NCBI RefSeq assembly: GCF_009914755.1
Contig: NC_060928.1
Strand: one strand, 5' to 3'
DNA length: 64,000 bases
Source: the human T2T-CHM13v2.0 reference genome, Homo sapiens
Shown here: one piece after another, positions 12,357-25,983 of the stretch
Layout of the letters: the number at the start of each line of letters is the position of its first letter
Numbering within the stretch: the stretch's first letter is position 1
Translations under genes and position numbers: made by a program
The notes under the pieces: model-generated
Seen by the model: the letters and a program-made list of their open reading frames with translations, nothing else
What the model was told of the DNA's origin: nothing
Database searches by the model: none

Positions 12357-12605
12357 GACCTTTAAACAGCCCCATCTGTCCTCCTAACCTAACAGTAACT
12401 GAAACACGTCTGAGAGCCGTCATGCGACTCAGTGCCCCTTTACTTTTCTACCCTGAGCCCTAGGTGTCAGCACTGCATGTCTGGAACCACTAATTTGGGA
12501 TTGCTATTTATCATGCTTGCTTTTGTAGATACAGTTCTCCAAGCATGAAGTTTCTGGATCTGCAAGTAGGAACAATTTTTGATGCAAAGAATAAAAGGAC
12601 CAAGT

Positions 12606-12760
12606 AAGAAGAAAGAAAGAGAAAGAGAAAGGGAAGGGAAGGGGAGGGGAAGGGGAGGGAAGGGGAGGGGAAGGGGAGGGAAGGGGAGGGGAGAGGAAGG
12701 GAAGGGAAGGGAAGGGAAGGGAAGGGAAGGGAGGAAGAAGGAAGGAAGGAAGGAAGGAAA
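12606..12760. repeat. Polypurine simple repeat (GAAA)/(GGGAA)/(GGGGA)/(GGAA)n
   Basis: Seen directly. Confidence 0.95.
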
Positions 12761-13358
12761 CAGTTGAGGACCTTTCTTAGGATAATTGAACTTCTTTCAC
12801 GATAACAGTATAACTCCAGCTCCATGATAATTGCCTTACAATTCTAGTTCTCTAATGTAGGGAATCGAGCAAATGTATAATTGTATATTTTATCTGGTTT
12901 TGCTTTATACATTATTAGGTTGAGAACAAAATTCTTTGCAGGTTTTTACATCCTAAACAAAAACAGGGGTCTTTTCTCTAGCTTTGGACATTTCTATGGT
13001 AAAATCAAAACGTTCCCTTTACCAGCCTGGGAAGCTGAGCACTGATGCTATCTGCTTGAACTTAGCCAAACTATCTGTCTGCAGAATGGTGGGAGATTTC
13101 TTCGTACACCTCAGAATATTTGCCAGGCTTTGGAGTCACAGCGTAGCCTCATTAATGTTTGAAAATCCACCTGTTTGAAATCTCTTCAGATCCCTTGAAT
13201 GTGGGAGAAGAGGGGCCTGTGAACTCCTAGAATGCCTTCTTTCAGCACTGTTGCCTCACCCTCAATAATTTTTTTCCCTGACAACCTAGAGTTTCTCTTC
13301 TTGATTTTTCTCAGCTCTCCTGCTCTGTCCAGATTCATTCTAATAGGTACATTGCACT

Positions 13359-14283
13359 TGTTAACTTAAACAAAGTAAAGCCCCACAATTTATCAATTTG
13401 GAAAAGAAGAGGAGACTTTATTTCTTATAAAGGGTTATATCCTGCAAGTTGGCTATCTCACAGGTGGAGAAGCACAGCCTCCAGCAGAGACCAGAGACAG
13501 GCACTTTGAAGGAGGAGGTGTTGGGGTAGAAGCTTTATGCTAAACAGATTGGCCAAACATAAATATTCAACAGGTTACAGGAAGGTCTAGGATTATTCAT
13601 GAAGGTGGTCATGATGCTTGTGTATTGAACAAACAAGCATGTAATGTATGACTCATGTTCACTTTGGGGTGGAGACTTAACATTTAAATGTATTACATTC
13701 AGGACCTATACATCAAAAGGTATTTTCAGGACACAAAGGCCCACAAGTGCACAGTCTCTCTAAACAGGCCAGAGCCATGGTCGGTGGTGGTCTTTTTATC
13801 AGAAGAAAGTAACTGAAATCAGTGTCTTGTCCAATGAAAGCTGTAGTTATGGCCAGTAGAACAGGGATTCGGTTAGTGTCTGTGAGCTGGATGTAATTGT
13901 TTTAATATTGCTCATCTCCAGGCCAGTGCTTGTTTAGCTGCTAGAGAAAAAGAAAAACATGATGGTAGAACATAGTCATTCTTTAAGTGGAGGGGTGCAG
14001 GACTTAACCCTTGCCTGGCATGGACTTAGGTCCTGTTTATAATTTGATGTTGCCACGAAGAGTCTGTTCTGTCAGTCTTATGATCTCTTTTTTAACATTA
14101 GTGCTGATCAACTGTATCTAAACCATAAAGGTAGGGGGGGTGTGTATAATGAGGTGTTTCTGACCTCCCATCCTGTCATAGCCAAGAACTCAGTTTTAAG
14201 GTTTTACTGGGGTTCCATTGCCGACAAGATGGTCCATTCAGTCAGTGGGAGGGAGGTGACTCAGATTTTATTTTTAGTTTACA
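13359..14283 (-). mobile_element. MER4D-type solo LTR (ERV1)
   Basis: Minus strand begins TGTAAACTAAAAATAAAATC; 4-bp TSD CACT at 13355-13358 and 14284-14287. Confidence 0.85.
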
Positions 14284-15469
14284 CACTTGATGGATGGAGT
14301 CTCTTCAACACAGAGTGACCACCTCAACTCTCCTCCATTCTCAGCTTTTGGTGTATTACCACTGAACATTTAATAAACACCTATGAAAACATGTGGCAGG
14401 TAAGTGGAGCTTTGGATTCACTTTGTGCCTGAGGCTCTTTGGAATTTTAATCTGTCACACCAGCCCAAGAACAGATATTGAATTTTTCTGAAAAGTTCAG
14501 CTGCTTTCATCTTCCTTTGTCACAGAGGCCTTGTGTCTTCTACCCGTAGTTCCACCATAGGTAGAAGTTCCCCCATGAAAGCTCATATGAAGAGCTTTTC
14601 ATTTTCTGGAATTTATTCCACCTAGGTTTCTTTGAGTCCTCAAACCTGTCATCATTTTAAAGGAAACTATAATTTTATGGCATACTTAGATTGTTAGTTT
14701 TTTAATGTGAACACAACCTCTTGCAAATTTTCACATCCAAACTGGAGCAGAACATGTACTTATTTATTTTTAAATTTTTTATGTTTGCATCTTTAACATT
14801 TTGGGGGAATTCATTAAACAGTTAAATCTGAGTGGGCCACATGTATTCATAATAGTTTGCAAGGGAAGTGCCTAAATTAAAATGCTGTTTCAAACACTGA
14901 CTTCTTGGGGAATTTGTTATTGCAAACATATTAGCAAAGCAATGAGCAGAAAAAGTAATGGTTCTATAAAAATAGCAGGAAGCTGTCTTTACTATCAAAA
15001 CCTTCTATCATATTGTTTTTTTCCAACCACAAAAAAACCCCACACATTTGAGAGGAAAGAAATTATCCCTCCAGATTGAGTCCCAAGGAGGCATTTGCTT
15101 TCACCTTTAGGGATCAAACCAAAAGAGGCAATACTTGCATTCTGGAACTTTGCCTCTGGAAGCTATTTTTAAGCTACTAATATTTTATTATCTCATCTTA
15201 ATTTCTTATTTTTCACACCTGGAATAATTTATTGACACCCTATCTAGTTTCTTATTACAGTCTTCCTTTTATTGAATATTCTTCCCTAATTATATTGAAC
15301 AAACTAAAACAATATAGCCATAATATTAATTTTCTTTTAAACAAGTCTGCTCTGCATGGCATAAAGATGCCAATGGAGGGGAAGAAACAGTAAGACACTT
15401 TAACTAATTAAACTGGTATTTTGTATTAGAAAATATCATTTTTCTAAAATTATATTAGTTCATATTTCT

Positions 15470-15700
15470 TGATTGTTTACTTCATGCTAAGCATAATTTT
15501 AAGTGTATTATGATAGATTAATCAATTAATTCTCACAACAACTCTGTGAGATGATTAATATTGTTGTCATAATCCCTGTTTTACAGATAAAAAAGGATAG
15601 GTTAAAATACTGTCCGAGGTCAAAAAGCTACTGTGATACTTAGTTGGTTATTTTAGTCTTCTCTAAGACCTAAAAATGTAACCAATATACTATTCTGCCT
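15470..15700 (-). mobile_element. MIR SINE
   Basis: AATTCTCACAACAACTCTGTGAG...TTTTACAGATAA MIR core, reversed. Confidence 0.7.
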
Positions 15701-15788
15701 TCTTTGATAGATTGGTTTACTTGGAAATAGTAACAGGACATAAGCTGTATGTCTAAGTCAATCATTTAAAAGAAGTGGTAATTACAGA

Positions 15789-16068
15789 CTCACACCTGTA
15801 ATCCCAGATCTTTGGGAGGCAGAGGTAGGCAGATCACTTGAGGCCAGGAGTTTGAGACCAACCTGGGCAATATAGTGAGATCCAATCTATACAAAAATAT
15901 TTAAAAAACAAAAATTAGCCAAACACGATGGCACACACTTCTGGTCCCAGATACTTGGGAGGCTGAGGTGGGAGGATCACTTGAACAAGGGAGGTCAAGC
16001 CTGTAGTGAGTGATGATCATTCCACTACTCTCCAGCCTGAGTGGCAGAGTTAGAACCTGTCTCAAAAA

Positions 16069-16109
<41 letters not shown>
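15789..16109 (+). mobile_element. AluJ, slightly 5'-truncated, with (TAAA)n tail
   Basis: Alu dimer; 14-bp TSD AAAAGAAGTGGTAA at 15768-15781 and 16110-16123. Confidence 0.93.
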
Positions 16110-16111
<2 letters not shown>

Positions 16112-17014
16112 AAGAAGTGGTAAAAGTTGCTTTTGCTTCATTTGGCTTTATTTTAAAATCAGAAATCTATGAAAAAGTAGATTAATTTTGATTTTATAGT
16201 TTAATTGGATAATTTAAATTTTACTTTCTGTAAACACAGTTTTGGAAGTAAAGGATCAAGATGAGTTTAATATTCCTGTGAATATGCTAATGAAAATCTG
16301 ATCATCAGGGTCAAAAGCAACTGGAAATAACTTGGGTAGTTATTCCACTTTGATAGTGGCAGGAGGAGGCTGCAAATTTAGTAGCCAGAATTTAACTCAA
16401 TAAATTTTCATCCGATTCCTGGTCTAGGGAGTAGTAATCATAACAATAATAATTAGCATGTATTATACACTTCTTCAGTGTGAGATATTGTCCTAAGTAT
16501 AGATTACTTCCATGTGTTCAATATTGGACAGACAATATTTTCCTATTTAAACTTCCACTTATAAAGAGATGAAATTTATTAATAATAAATATTATAAAAA
16601 TCAGAACTATATATCAAATATCTATGCTTATGCAGAAACAGGAAAATAAATTCCATCCATTAACCTTTTCAGAGATTTGAATCTATGAAAATTACATGTA
16701 GGACTACCTTGGTGAATATGAAGACTTTTCCTTTGAAGAAGGCAAGGTGAATTTGGAGAAGAACTCCATCCTGAGCTGCAAGATCCTTCCTCTAATCATT
16801 AATCTAAAGATCATTCTAATAGCACTTTCTAAAATACTCTGTATCTAATTCCCATTCAATAAAATACATTTAATTGATCAGTAAGTAAAATACTAAATTA
16901 GGGTATCATATTAGTTCTAGGATACACAGTCAAGTTTAATTACTAATGTGATAATGAAAAAAATACAGTATTAAGACTAGACCTGTTATAGAGTAAAAAT
17001 CTATAGTTTTGTAA

Positions 17015-17185
17015 TATGGAGTTATAAGATTGGCATATCATTCCTAGTCCTATAACCGACTCTCAAATTAAACTTGTGTAAGTAATTAACCTCTGTGTGA
17101 CCAAGTTTGCTCATCTGTAAAACAGATGCAATAATTATTATCGCCTACCCTGTAGGCATAGTGTGAGGATTAATGAGGTAATTTT
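17015..17185 (+). mobile_element. MIR SINE
   Basis: TTAACCTCTGTG...CTCATCTGTAAAA...GTGAGGATTAATGAG core. Confidence 0.75.
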
Positions 17186-17562
17186 TAAAAGCGAGTTCTT
17201 CGAAAGGTATTTTAAATTTATAACATCTTACTATCTGTCCTAGGCTGTTTTCTTTATCTTCATTATATACTTACAAAGTCCAAATGCTTTAAACAAATTT
17301 ATTTTTTTAACTTTTTGAAATTTTAGATGGACCAATTCTCACTAAGAGAGACCTAGATGCGTGGGAAACTAGAGTTGAAATACAATAATAATAATATAAA
17401 TATTATTCAATATTTCTGTGATTTTCTTATATCTATATTTTATAGTGAACATTGTTTGGGGAAGTGATTTTATTTTCTGAAAGTTCAAAATTTCAAAAAT
17501 TTTAGGTTCCGTTTTGAATCGAAAAATTAGATACAGAAGGCTGTTGTTATCTATTTGAAGTG

Positions 17563-17772
17563 AAGTTTCTCAGTCTCAGCACTATTGACATATTGGACAA
17601 GATTATACTTTGTTTTGGGGAACTATCCTGTTTATTGCATGAAATTTAGAAGCAAACTTGGTGTCTACCCACTTGATGCCAGTAACAATCCCCTAGTGCT
17701 GAGAATCAAGTCTCTGGATATTGACAATTGTTGCCTACAGGGCAGAATTGCGTTAAGTAGAGAATCACTGCT
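17563..17772. mobile_element. MER20 DNA transposon (hAT-Charlie)
   Basis: GTTTCTCAGTCTCAGCACTATTGACAT...GATGCCAGTA...GAGAATCACTG. Confidence 0.75.
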
Positions 17773-19407
17773 GTAGAGGACTTAGAGTGAGTGGCTTGTC
17801 CAATCTGTGTGGTACAGGCAATTTGAACAGTCTTGAATTGGACAAAAGCACACGTATACACAAGCCCATCGAAGGTGATTGTATTACCTGATTTGCCTAG
17901 TATTGTTCTGGTTTACAATTGGTATACTTATATCCAGCCTCATTTACAATTTGTAGCACATTTTAAAATATGCAGCGGAGTATCAATATTAATTTCATGC
18001 AGTAAAACAAACCAGGGATGATTTTGTTGGCCTATAGTTTGTAATTCTGGCATCTTTCATTTTTGCGGAGTCTTGTAATGTGTAAAATGTATATGAAGTG
18101 AATAGAAGTTTCACTTGAAGACATTTTAATATGAAAAGTATTAATTTTCTTATTCAGTCTGTCCTTTTCTAAGTCAGTGTGACTAACACTTCCCTTACAA
18201 GGCTAGTATGCTGAGGTCTATGAAGGGGAGTAGGTATTGCATCCAACAACTTCTTTAGATATCTGATGGTGGTGGGATAATGCTGCAGCCTATGCCAGTC
18301 ACCTGGTGTACCAGCTAACCATGCTTTGGCAGTGCTATGGCCTGAAATGTAAGCGGAGATTCAAGGTAGTCAATTAATTGGGATTCAGTAGGAAAGGTGG
18401 GAACCTATACGTTGACTCTAAGAAAATCTAAAAAAAATAGAGACTGTGGAATCCTACTCCAGATCATATATTTTGTTGTGGTTGGTTTTACCAAATAGTG
18501 AAAATCTGCAATAACTGATTTTATTGAGTGACTTTTTCTTTTTATAACTCTTTTAGTGGGAATGAGTGTAAATAAATGAAGCTGATATTTAAAGGAAAAA
18601 AAAAGTAATAAATTGTTGAGCATACACCATGCCAGAATATTTGTTGAGTTTTTATGGCAACAAACATGGAGGACATTTGATATCAGTGATCACATGACAA
18701 TCAGAAAGCAAAAAATTTCCAAAGAAATATCCACATCTACTTGAAGAGTAAGTAGATGTTTTAGCTATTTAAATGTTTCCAAAGATGATACATTAATCAA
18801 TGCAGCTGCAGAAAGTGCATTTATATAGAACTCTTTGAACTTCAGTTTTCATTGATCAAATAGCTGTTACTCTAAATTACTTTTAAAAATTTTCAATTGC
18901 AAATTTCCTTATGCATGAAGGAAATGTGACACAGGGTTTTACAGTTTTAATTCAATTAACAGCAGAACTTACCAGTTAATTAAAGTTAATTTATATATAG
19001 TTAATTTTATATCAACAGATGCTTCAAACAGAAAGACACTGAGGTTCAACTCTTAAATTAGAGTTTGAGTTTTTTACCTAATCTTTGGGAAAAAAGCAAA
19101 GCTTTTCAAAGTCCATTCAGTTGAAAGTGAAAATAGAGATGCTTTTGGTAAACTTAGTTAAAAAGTAAAATACATAGGTTTTGCTTCACAGTATTTGCTA
19201 TTTTAATAAAAACAAAAATACAAAGTTTCTGGAAGATAACACCATAATTTTAATAATGTTCATATAAATTAAGAATTATGGAAGCAGAAATATATATATA
19301 TATTTACTTCTTCAGGAGCAATGGAAAATTATCAATAAATTACTTCATAGAACACCAATAATTTTACCTTTTATAGATTTTGAGTTAGAATTCAAGAAAA
19401 TAATTCA

Positions 19408-20015
19408 TTTTTTTCAAGCACAAAAGATGTCTTTATTGACACATAGATCCAAAGGACAAGATGCGCTGGTATGGAGATGACATTGAAGATGACTGCCTTT
19501 CCTTTTCTTCCTCTTTGATGAGTCATCCTCCTCCCTTAAAGCACAGGGTCTGGGGTCCCAGCCTCCAGACTCAGACCCCTACAACTTGGGACAGAGGAAA
19601 GGCCATGATTACAACATTCTGGGAAAAGTCCTGAGCTGGGTTACATGTTCAACTCCTGGGCTAATTGCGGAGGCAGTAGTTGGAGTTCGGGCGGGCAGCG
19701 GACCTTAAAAGCAGCACCCATAAATCCTCAGATAACAGCACCCCAACCTCCATCTGTCCCAGCAGAGTCAGCTAAGGAATGGTGGCTGGACCTTTCCTGC
19801 TCCAGGAGGCCAGAGCTGTGCTGGGGACCCCAACCTTGTAGGGTCATGTGGCTGACAAAGTGCAGCTATTAATACTTTTTCTGCAAGGGTGGAGAGCCAC
19901 TGCCGCAGGTGTTGAGGAACTAGTGTCATGTTTGTAGGCAGCTCCCAAGTCTGTCTTTGGCTGTCCTGTGCTTCTCACCCAAAACATGGAGATGTTGAGA
20001 TTTATATTCCAAAAA
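19408..20015 (-). pseudogene. Probable 5'-truncated processed retrocopy (mRNA 3' end), parent not recognised
   Basis: GC-rich non-repeat block; minus strand ends GTGTC-AATAAA-17 nt-A7 (TTTATT 19432-19437, T7 19408-19414). Confidence 0.55.
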
Positions 20016-20019
20016 GCAT

Positions 20020-20762
20020 AGGATATCATATGATGCCAAAATCACTCTTGTTAGTATTTACCCAAAAGAGGTGAAAATTATGTCATCACAAAAACCTGCA
20101 CGCAAATGTTTACAGCAGCCCTATTCACAACTGACAAAATTTTAAATCAACAAAGATGTCCTTCAATAGGTGAATGGATACATAAACTGCAGTACATCCA
20201 AGCAATGGAATATTATTCAGCACTAAAAAGAAACGAGTTATCAAACCATAAAAGGACATGGAGGAAACTTAAATACATATAATTAAATGAAAGATGTAAA
20301 TCTGAAAAGGCTACATACTATGTATTTCCAACTAAATTACTTATTGAAGAAAGCAAAACTATGGAGATAACAAAAAGATTAGTGGTTGCTAGGGGTTGGG
20401 AGGTGTGAGGGATGAATAGGCATAGCACAGAAGATTTTTAGGGCAGTGAAATTATTCTGCTATAATATTCCCATGGGTAGATACCACAATGGTTAATGCA
20501 TGCCATTATACATTTGTCAAGACCCATAGAATACACGGTACCAAAAGTGAACACCAATGTAAACCATGGACTTTGGGTAAGAATGGTGTAACAATGTAGG
20601 TTCGTCAGTTGTAATAAATGTTCCACTCTTGTGTGGGACATGGATAGTGGGGTAGTTGTACATAGTGGGGACAGGGGGTACATGAGAATTCTCTGTAATT
20701 TCCCGACAATTTTGCTGTGAACTTAAAACTGCTCTAATGATTTAAGTTTATTAAAACAAACA
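20020..20762 (+). mobile_element. L1MC1-like 3' end
   Basis: L1 3' ORF2/UTR with GATTTTTAGGGCAGTGAAATT...GCTGTGAACTTAAAACTGCTCTA. Confidence 0.8.
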
Positions 20763-21594
20763 AATAGAAAGTATGGGAGGATATGAACAAATTAAGTGTA
20801 CACAAATACTTACAATATTTAATTTTGAAATTTTAATTGCATTTTGAAATATACCAACTTATGTGACATCTTTTGATTGTATGCCAATTTTAATTGAAAA
20901 GTTGGTATTTTAATTTTTAAGAAATTACAGTTGTTTTGCACTTCTCGGTGTATGTCTTCAATAGATGCTTATGGTATAGTTTTAACGTAGTGTTTTTCTT
21001 CTTATTCTGTATTATTTTAATTAGAAATATTGGGGTATGTAGATGTAAGTAGGTACCTTATCTTTAGTTATGAAAAATATGTGTTTTCTAATAATTTCAA
21101 AAATTTTAACAATATTTAACAAATGACAGTCAATTAAAATGCTTTCTGAAATACTTTTTGTGATTTTTTAAGAGGAGCTGAGGATAAGATAAAAGTCAAG
21201 TTTAAATATGCAAACTTTTTTAGAGGCAATAAAAATTATTATTGAAATAATTAAATATAATTAAAATCACCAGTCTATAGCAAACCAAAACATGAAATAA
21301 TGTTATAAAATTTGTGGAAAAGAGGTACATAAACTGATACATTAAAAAGATAATTTTACAGAATTCTCAAAATTAAGGTCTGGACAAAACAATACTCTTT
21401 CTGGGGATATAAGGAAAAAATGGAATATTATATTATAATGCTCTAATATAATATGTTATAGTTATGGTATTCTAGTTTAATATTATATTTTTATATTATT
21501 TCAGTACAGTAATAAAACAAGAAGAATATGCAACGTTTGTGAACTCCTTATTCATTATAATATAAGTTGGAAACTTAGATTATTTATTTTAAAT

Positions 21595-22545
21595 ATTTTT
21601 TTCTCTAATAATACATTCAATGTTACAATGTTATAAATATTCCTCTAAGCACTGCTTTTGCTGCATTGCACAAATATTGATAATTTATATTACCATTTTT
21701 ACTTAGTTTAAAATATGTTTTAGTTTATTTTAAGACTTCTTCTTTGACCCATATGTTGTTTAGAAGTGTGTTAGTCAATTTCTAAATATTTTGGAATTTT
21801 TCAGCTATTTTTCTATTATTCATTCCTCTAATTTAATTTCTTTGTAGTATAAATCATGCTTGGTATAATTCTTACTTTTTATATTGGTTAACATATGTTT
21901 TGTGGTCCATAATGTGGTGTATTTCAGTAAATGTTCTATGTGAGATTGAGAAAAATGTATATTTTGCTGTTATTGGATGAAGTGGTCTACAAATGTCAAT
22001 GAGATCCTGTTGATTAATGGTGCTCTTCAGCTCAACTATGTCCTTACTGATGATTTTCCCGATAGATAATCAGTTAATGATAGAGGTATATTAAAGATTT
22101 CAACGATAATTGCAGATTCATCTATTACTCTTTACAGTTCTGTTTTTCTCATGTATTTTGATGCTCTGTGGTCAGGGGCATACACATTAAGAATTGTATC
22201 TTCTTAGAGAATTGATTCACTTATTACGTAATATATCTCTTCATTATAATTTTTCTCTCTCTGAAATCTGCTTTAAGTTTTATTTTAAGATGCAGTTTAA
22301 TTTTGTCTACCCTAGTAGTACCTTCAGCAATAGGCTTTTTTACTCCTAAATTTATGATCCAGTAAGCTAGTTTTCCCTTTATTAGCCTGTCTCGTCAACA
22401 TGGAGGGAAGTGGTTAGCCCTCTGACCTAAACTCTCTAATGCATCTAAGACGAGTTGTTGATTTTCAGTTTGTTCACTGTTTTAATTATTGTGAGGATGA
22501 GAGTGATGACGTCCAAGCTCCTTACATGCCACACCAGAAAATGAA
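21595..22545 (-). mobile_element. Ancient L1M fragments (endonuclease region and 5' part)
   Basis: Degenerate reverse of L1 EN-coding sequence (CTAAGCACTGCTTTTGCTGCAT..., GAGAAAAATGTATATTTTGCTG). Confidence 0.65.
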
Positions 22546-22665
22546 CATAGTATTTTAAATAGATATAATTGGCTATACTTCTAAGGCCCAAATAAGAATG
22601 CTTCAAATGATTATGATCTTGTTGGAAAATTATCACGGGTTAGAAAAAAATATATCTTTTTATGA

Positions 22666-22975
<310 letters not shown>

Positions 22976-25441
22976 CACTTATTAAATCTTTAGTAAAAGA
23001 AGCAGAGCTACTTTTATATAAAATAGAAATAATACATTCAATATTTTAATAATATTTTATAATAAAAATATATTTGCATATAATATTTGAATACCAAGAT
23101 TTCTGCAATCATTATGTTAATATTCAGAGAAACAATTTATCAAGGCTTAAGATTTTTGGTGGTATCTTCTTCATTTAGACAATTGTGTTAAAGTGTTTTC
23201 TTTAAATTTGTTTTGTTCCATATCAAAGAATATCAAATCCACACATTTTATTTTCAGCAAAAGAATACAAAGTTTAAATGAGAATTATGTAATAGGCATA
23301 CGCAAGTAGAAAAATATAAGGGATGTTTACACCCTGAAAATTCCAATGTAAAATGTAGATGTTAACTTCAAAATATTTGAAAATTATTTCAACAGTTTAC
23401 ATATATTATAAAGAATTTTCAATCACTATGTTACTGAGAGAAATAACATTTTATCTAGATTAAAATACTTTTAAAACAATTTAAATTATTAATGAAAATC
23501 TTAAGTCATTTTGGATGGCATTTTATTCTTTCCAATAAATGATACAAATTTCTTTTCTATGTGTCTCCAATTTCTAACTGCCAGATCAATAAATATTTGC
23601 AACACTTTTTTTCAAGGTTTTACCATGTTCTTCTATATGTTTAAACCTGAAAACATTTGACACTTTAAAAAATCTACTCTATTAACTATTTGAGATAAAA
23701 TTTATAAATAAAAGTGTACGCTATGTAATACTTTTCATGTCATGATAAAAAGTTAAATATCTTCCTCTCCAAATCTGATACTCAAAGTTAACCTTTTAGC
23801 TAGTCTTATTTTTCAAAGTGGTTGGTGCTACTATATAGTATTTACTTGTAATAAATACAATGAAGTAATCTTTTTCTACATTTTAATTTGAAAATTTGAA
23901 ACCATAGTATTATGTAGTTATTCATTTCCTCCAAATTTGCTATAGTGCAAAGTTTAGATATGAAAGGTGGCCGTATTAAGATTTTATTTTATTGGGACAT
24001 AATATAATTGAGAAAAGTGGCAGAGAATAATCATTAATGAAACATCAGACTTAAGAGTACTGATTACAGAAACATATAAGCTTTTAAACTGCATATGTAA
24101 ATACCAAATTTAAAGTTAATTTAATCTGATGACATAGTAAAAAATTAAATTATAATGTCACAGGAATTGTTGCGGAAATGACTAATTAGATTTGCATATA
24201 AAATCTTATGAATAAGTTAACTTCGAAAGAAACGTAATTTGGAAGTGTTTTTCTGAAACGATAAAAAAAAGAGAGGAAAAAAAGGTGCTCAAAGTAGTAG
24301 ATTTAGCAATTACTAGTTAGAGGATAATTTTTTCTTCCTTAGCTTATTGTTCAAAAATATCATATGCGCTAAAACAATCAATAAGGAATGACTATATTAT
24401 CCCATGATTTGTTCTTAAAAAATGGGGAACTCATTACCAAACAATGTATTTAATAGAGTAGAATAACTCAGGAATAGAGATGTTGAATTGAAACTGATAG
24501 TAGTGGTCACCGTATCCATTGATTAATTATGCAATAATATGTTTATTCTTGCAATAGAGTATCAAGACATACCTAAGGAATATTATAGGAACAAACATTT
24601 CTTACAACTGGGATACATTCTTCTGAAGATTAGTTATTCCTTTTGTTTGATCTATTTTTTTCCTATTACATGAAACAATTATAATAATATTATTACATTA
24701 AGTATGCTTTTAAAAAGATGCATAGTTTTATCCAGCTTTGTTCTAGGTAATTTCTTTCTACCTACCACTTACCTACCTTTCTAACTCTGCAAATGTGTTA
24801 AATAAAAGTATGATTACAGAATGATGGGATTTGATATAATTTTTAAAATTTTTGATCATTTTTAGTATTATGTGTTCCTTGGATTTTTAAATATGAACAT
24901 ATAAAAACATTACAATCATATGCAAAAAATGAATACTTATATATACTACATTTTGTAGGCTATTTCCTCCAAATTCAATTTGCAAGAGTTGTCTCTGACA
25001 ATTTATTTAAGATTTTGTCACTTTTTCCCAAGGATGTGTAGGCACTCAATCTGGCTTCAAATTCTTATATTTTTTCATGCTTTTCTTTTTCTGACCAAAA
25101 CACATATTAGTCATTGTGATAGGTGGGTCTCAAAGGCAATTCTGCTCTCTGGGATCTCAACTAACAAAAATAATGAAATTGAGAAATCAGACTCTGACAA
25201 ATTAGAGGTCTTATCCAAGACAAAGCTTTATAATAATTTCAAAGACAAACAGTTAAGAGGCGTGTACGAAGGTAGGCAAGATTTGGGAAACAAATGCTGG
25301 CTCCAGAGTTTTTCTTATCTGAATCAGTCATGTGCTTTCCGGTCTGAAGACAAAAAGGTCTCTAAGTGAGGTATGCAAATTGATGCTTCATACAAAGGGT
25401 ACAATTTATTTAATTAAATAGCTTCATTGTATAAACCAATA

Positions 25442-25983
25442 TGTTAGGAAGAATTATATGCCTCTCCCTCAATGATGTTTCTGTCTTAATCCCCAGAACC
25501 TATGAACATAGATTCCTTACACAGGAAAAGAGGCTTTTCAGATGTGGTTAAGGTTAAGAACCTCGAGAAGGGGAGATGATCCTGATTTACCATTGTGGAC
25601 CAAATATAATTTATGTGGCAAAAGAGTGGGTCAGAGAGGTGCAAAACAAGAAAGACTCTATTCAATTGCTGGCTTTACAAATGAAAGAAGGGAGACACCA
25701 GCCCAGAAATGAAGCAGGTTTTAGAAGCTAAAAACAACCTTAATTTTACAACCCACTGTAAGATGAGACCTCAGTTCTATACCTGTAAAAACTAACTTCT
25801 GCAAGGAAACTAACAAGCAGGAAACAGATACTGTGCTAGAGCCTCAAAAAGTAATACAGCCTGATAACACCTTGATTTTATTCTAGTGAGACCCATTCCA
25901 GACTTGTAAAGTAATAAATTTGTGTTATTTTAAGCAACTGAGTTTATGGTAATTTGTTACCATAATAATAGGAAACAAATACA
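25442..25983 (+). mobile_element. MLT1D-type LTR
   Basis: TAATCCCCAGAACCTATGAA...GATGTGGTTAAGGTTAAG...AGGAAACAAATACA. Confidence 0.75.

Noticed and set aside
12357-12500. Suppressor tRNA or antisense editing guide for the UGA sites
   Set aside because: No cloverleaf or TTCGA arm; only short gapped complementarity (TCCTCCT, GTCTGGAA) at chance level
12541-12590. Canonical eukaryotic SECIS (ATGA...AA...GA)
   Set aside because: Spacing is plausible but helix II next to the quartet does not pair (GTTTCTGG against ACAATTTT), so it is not called
12511-12825. ORFs of 104 aa and 62 aa over the purine tract
   Set aside because: Artefacts of a stop-free simple repeat
24980-25369. 129-aa ORF in non-repeat sequence
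   Set aside because: TTG start, AT-rich non-coding composition, no recognisable domain or splice support
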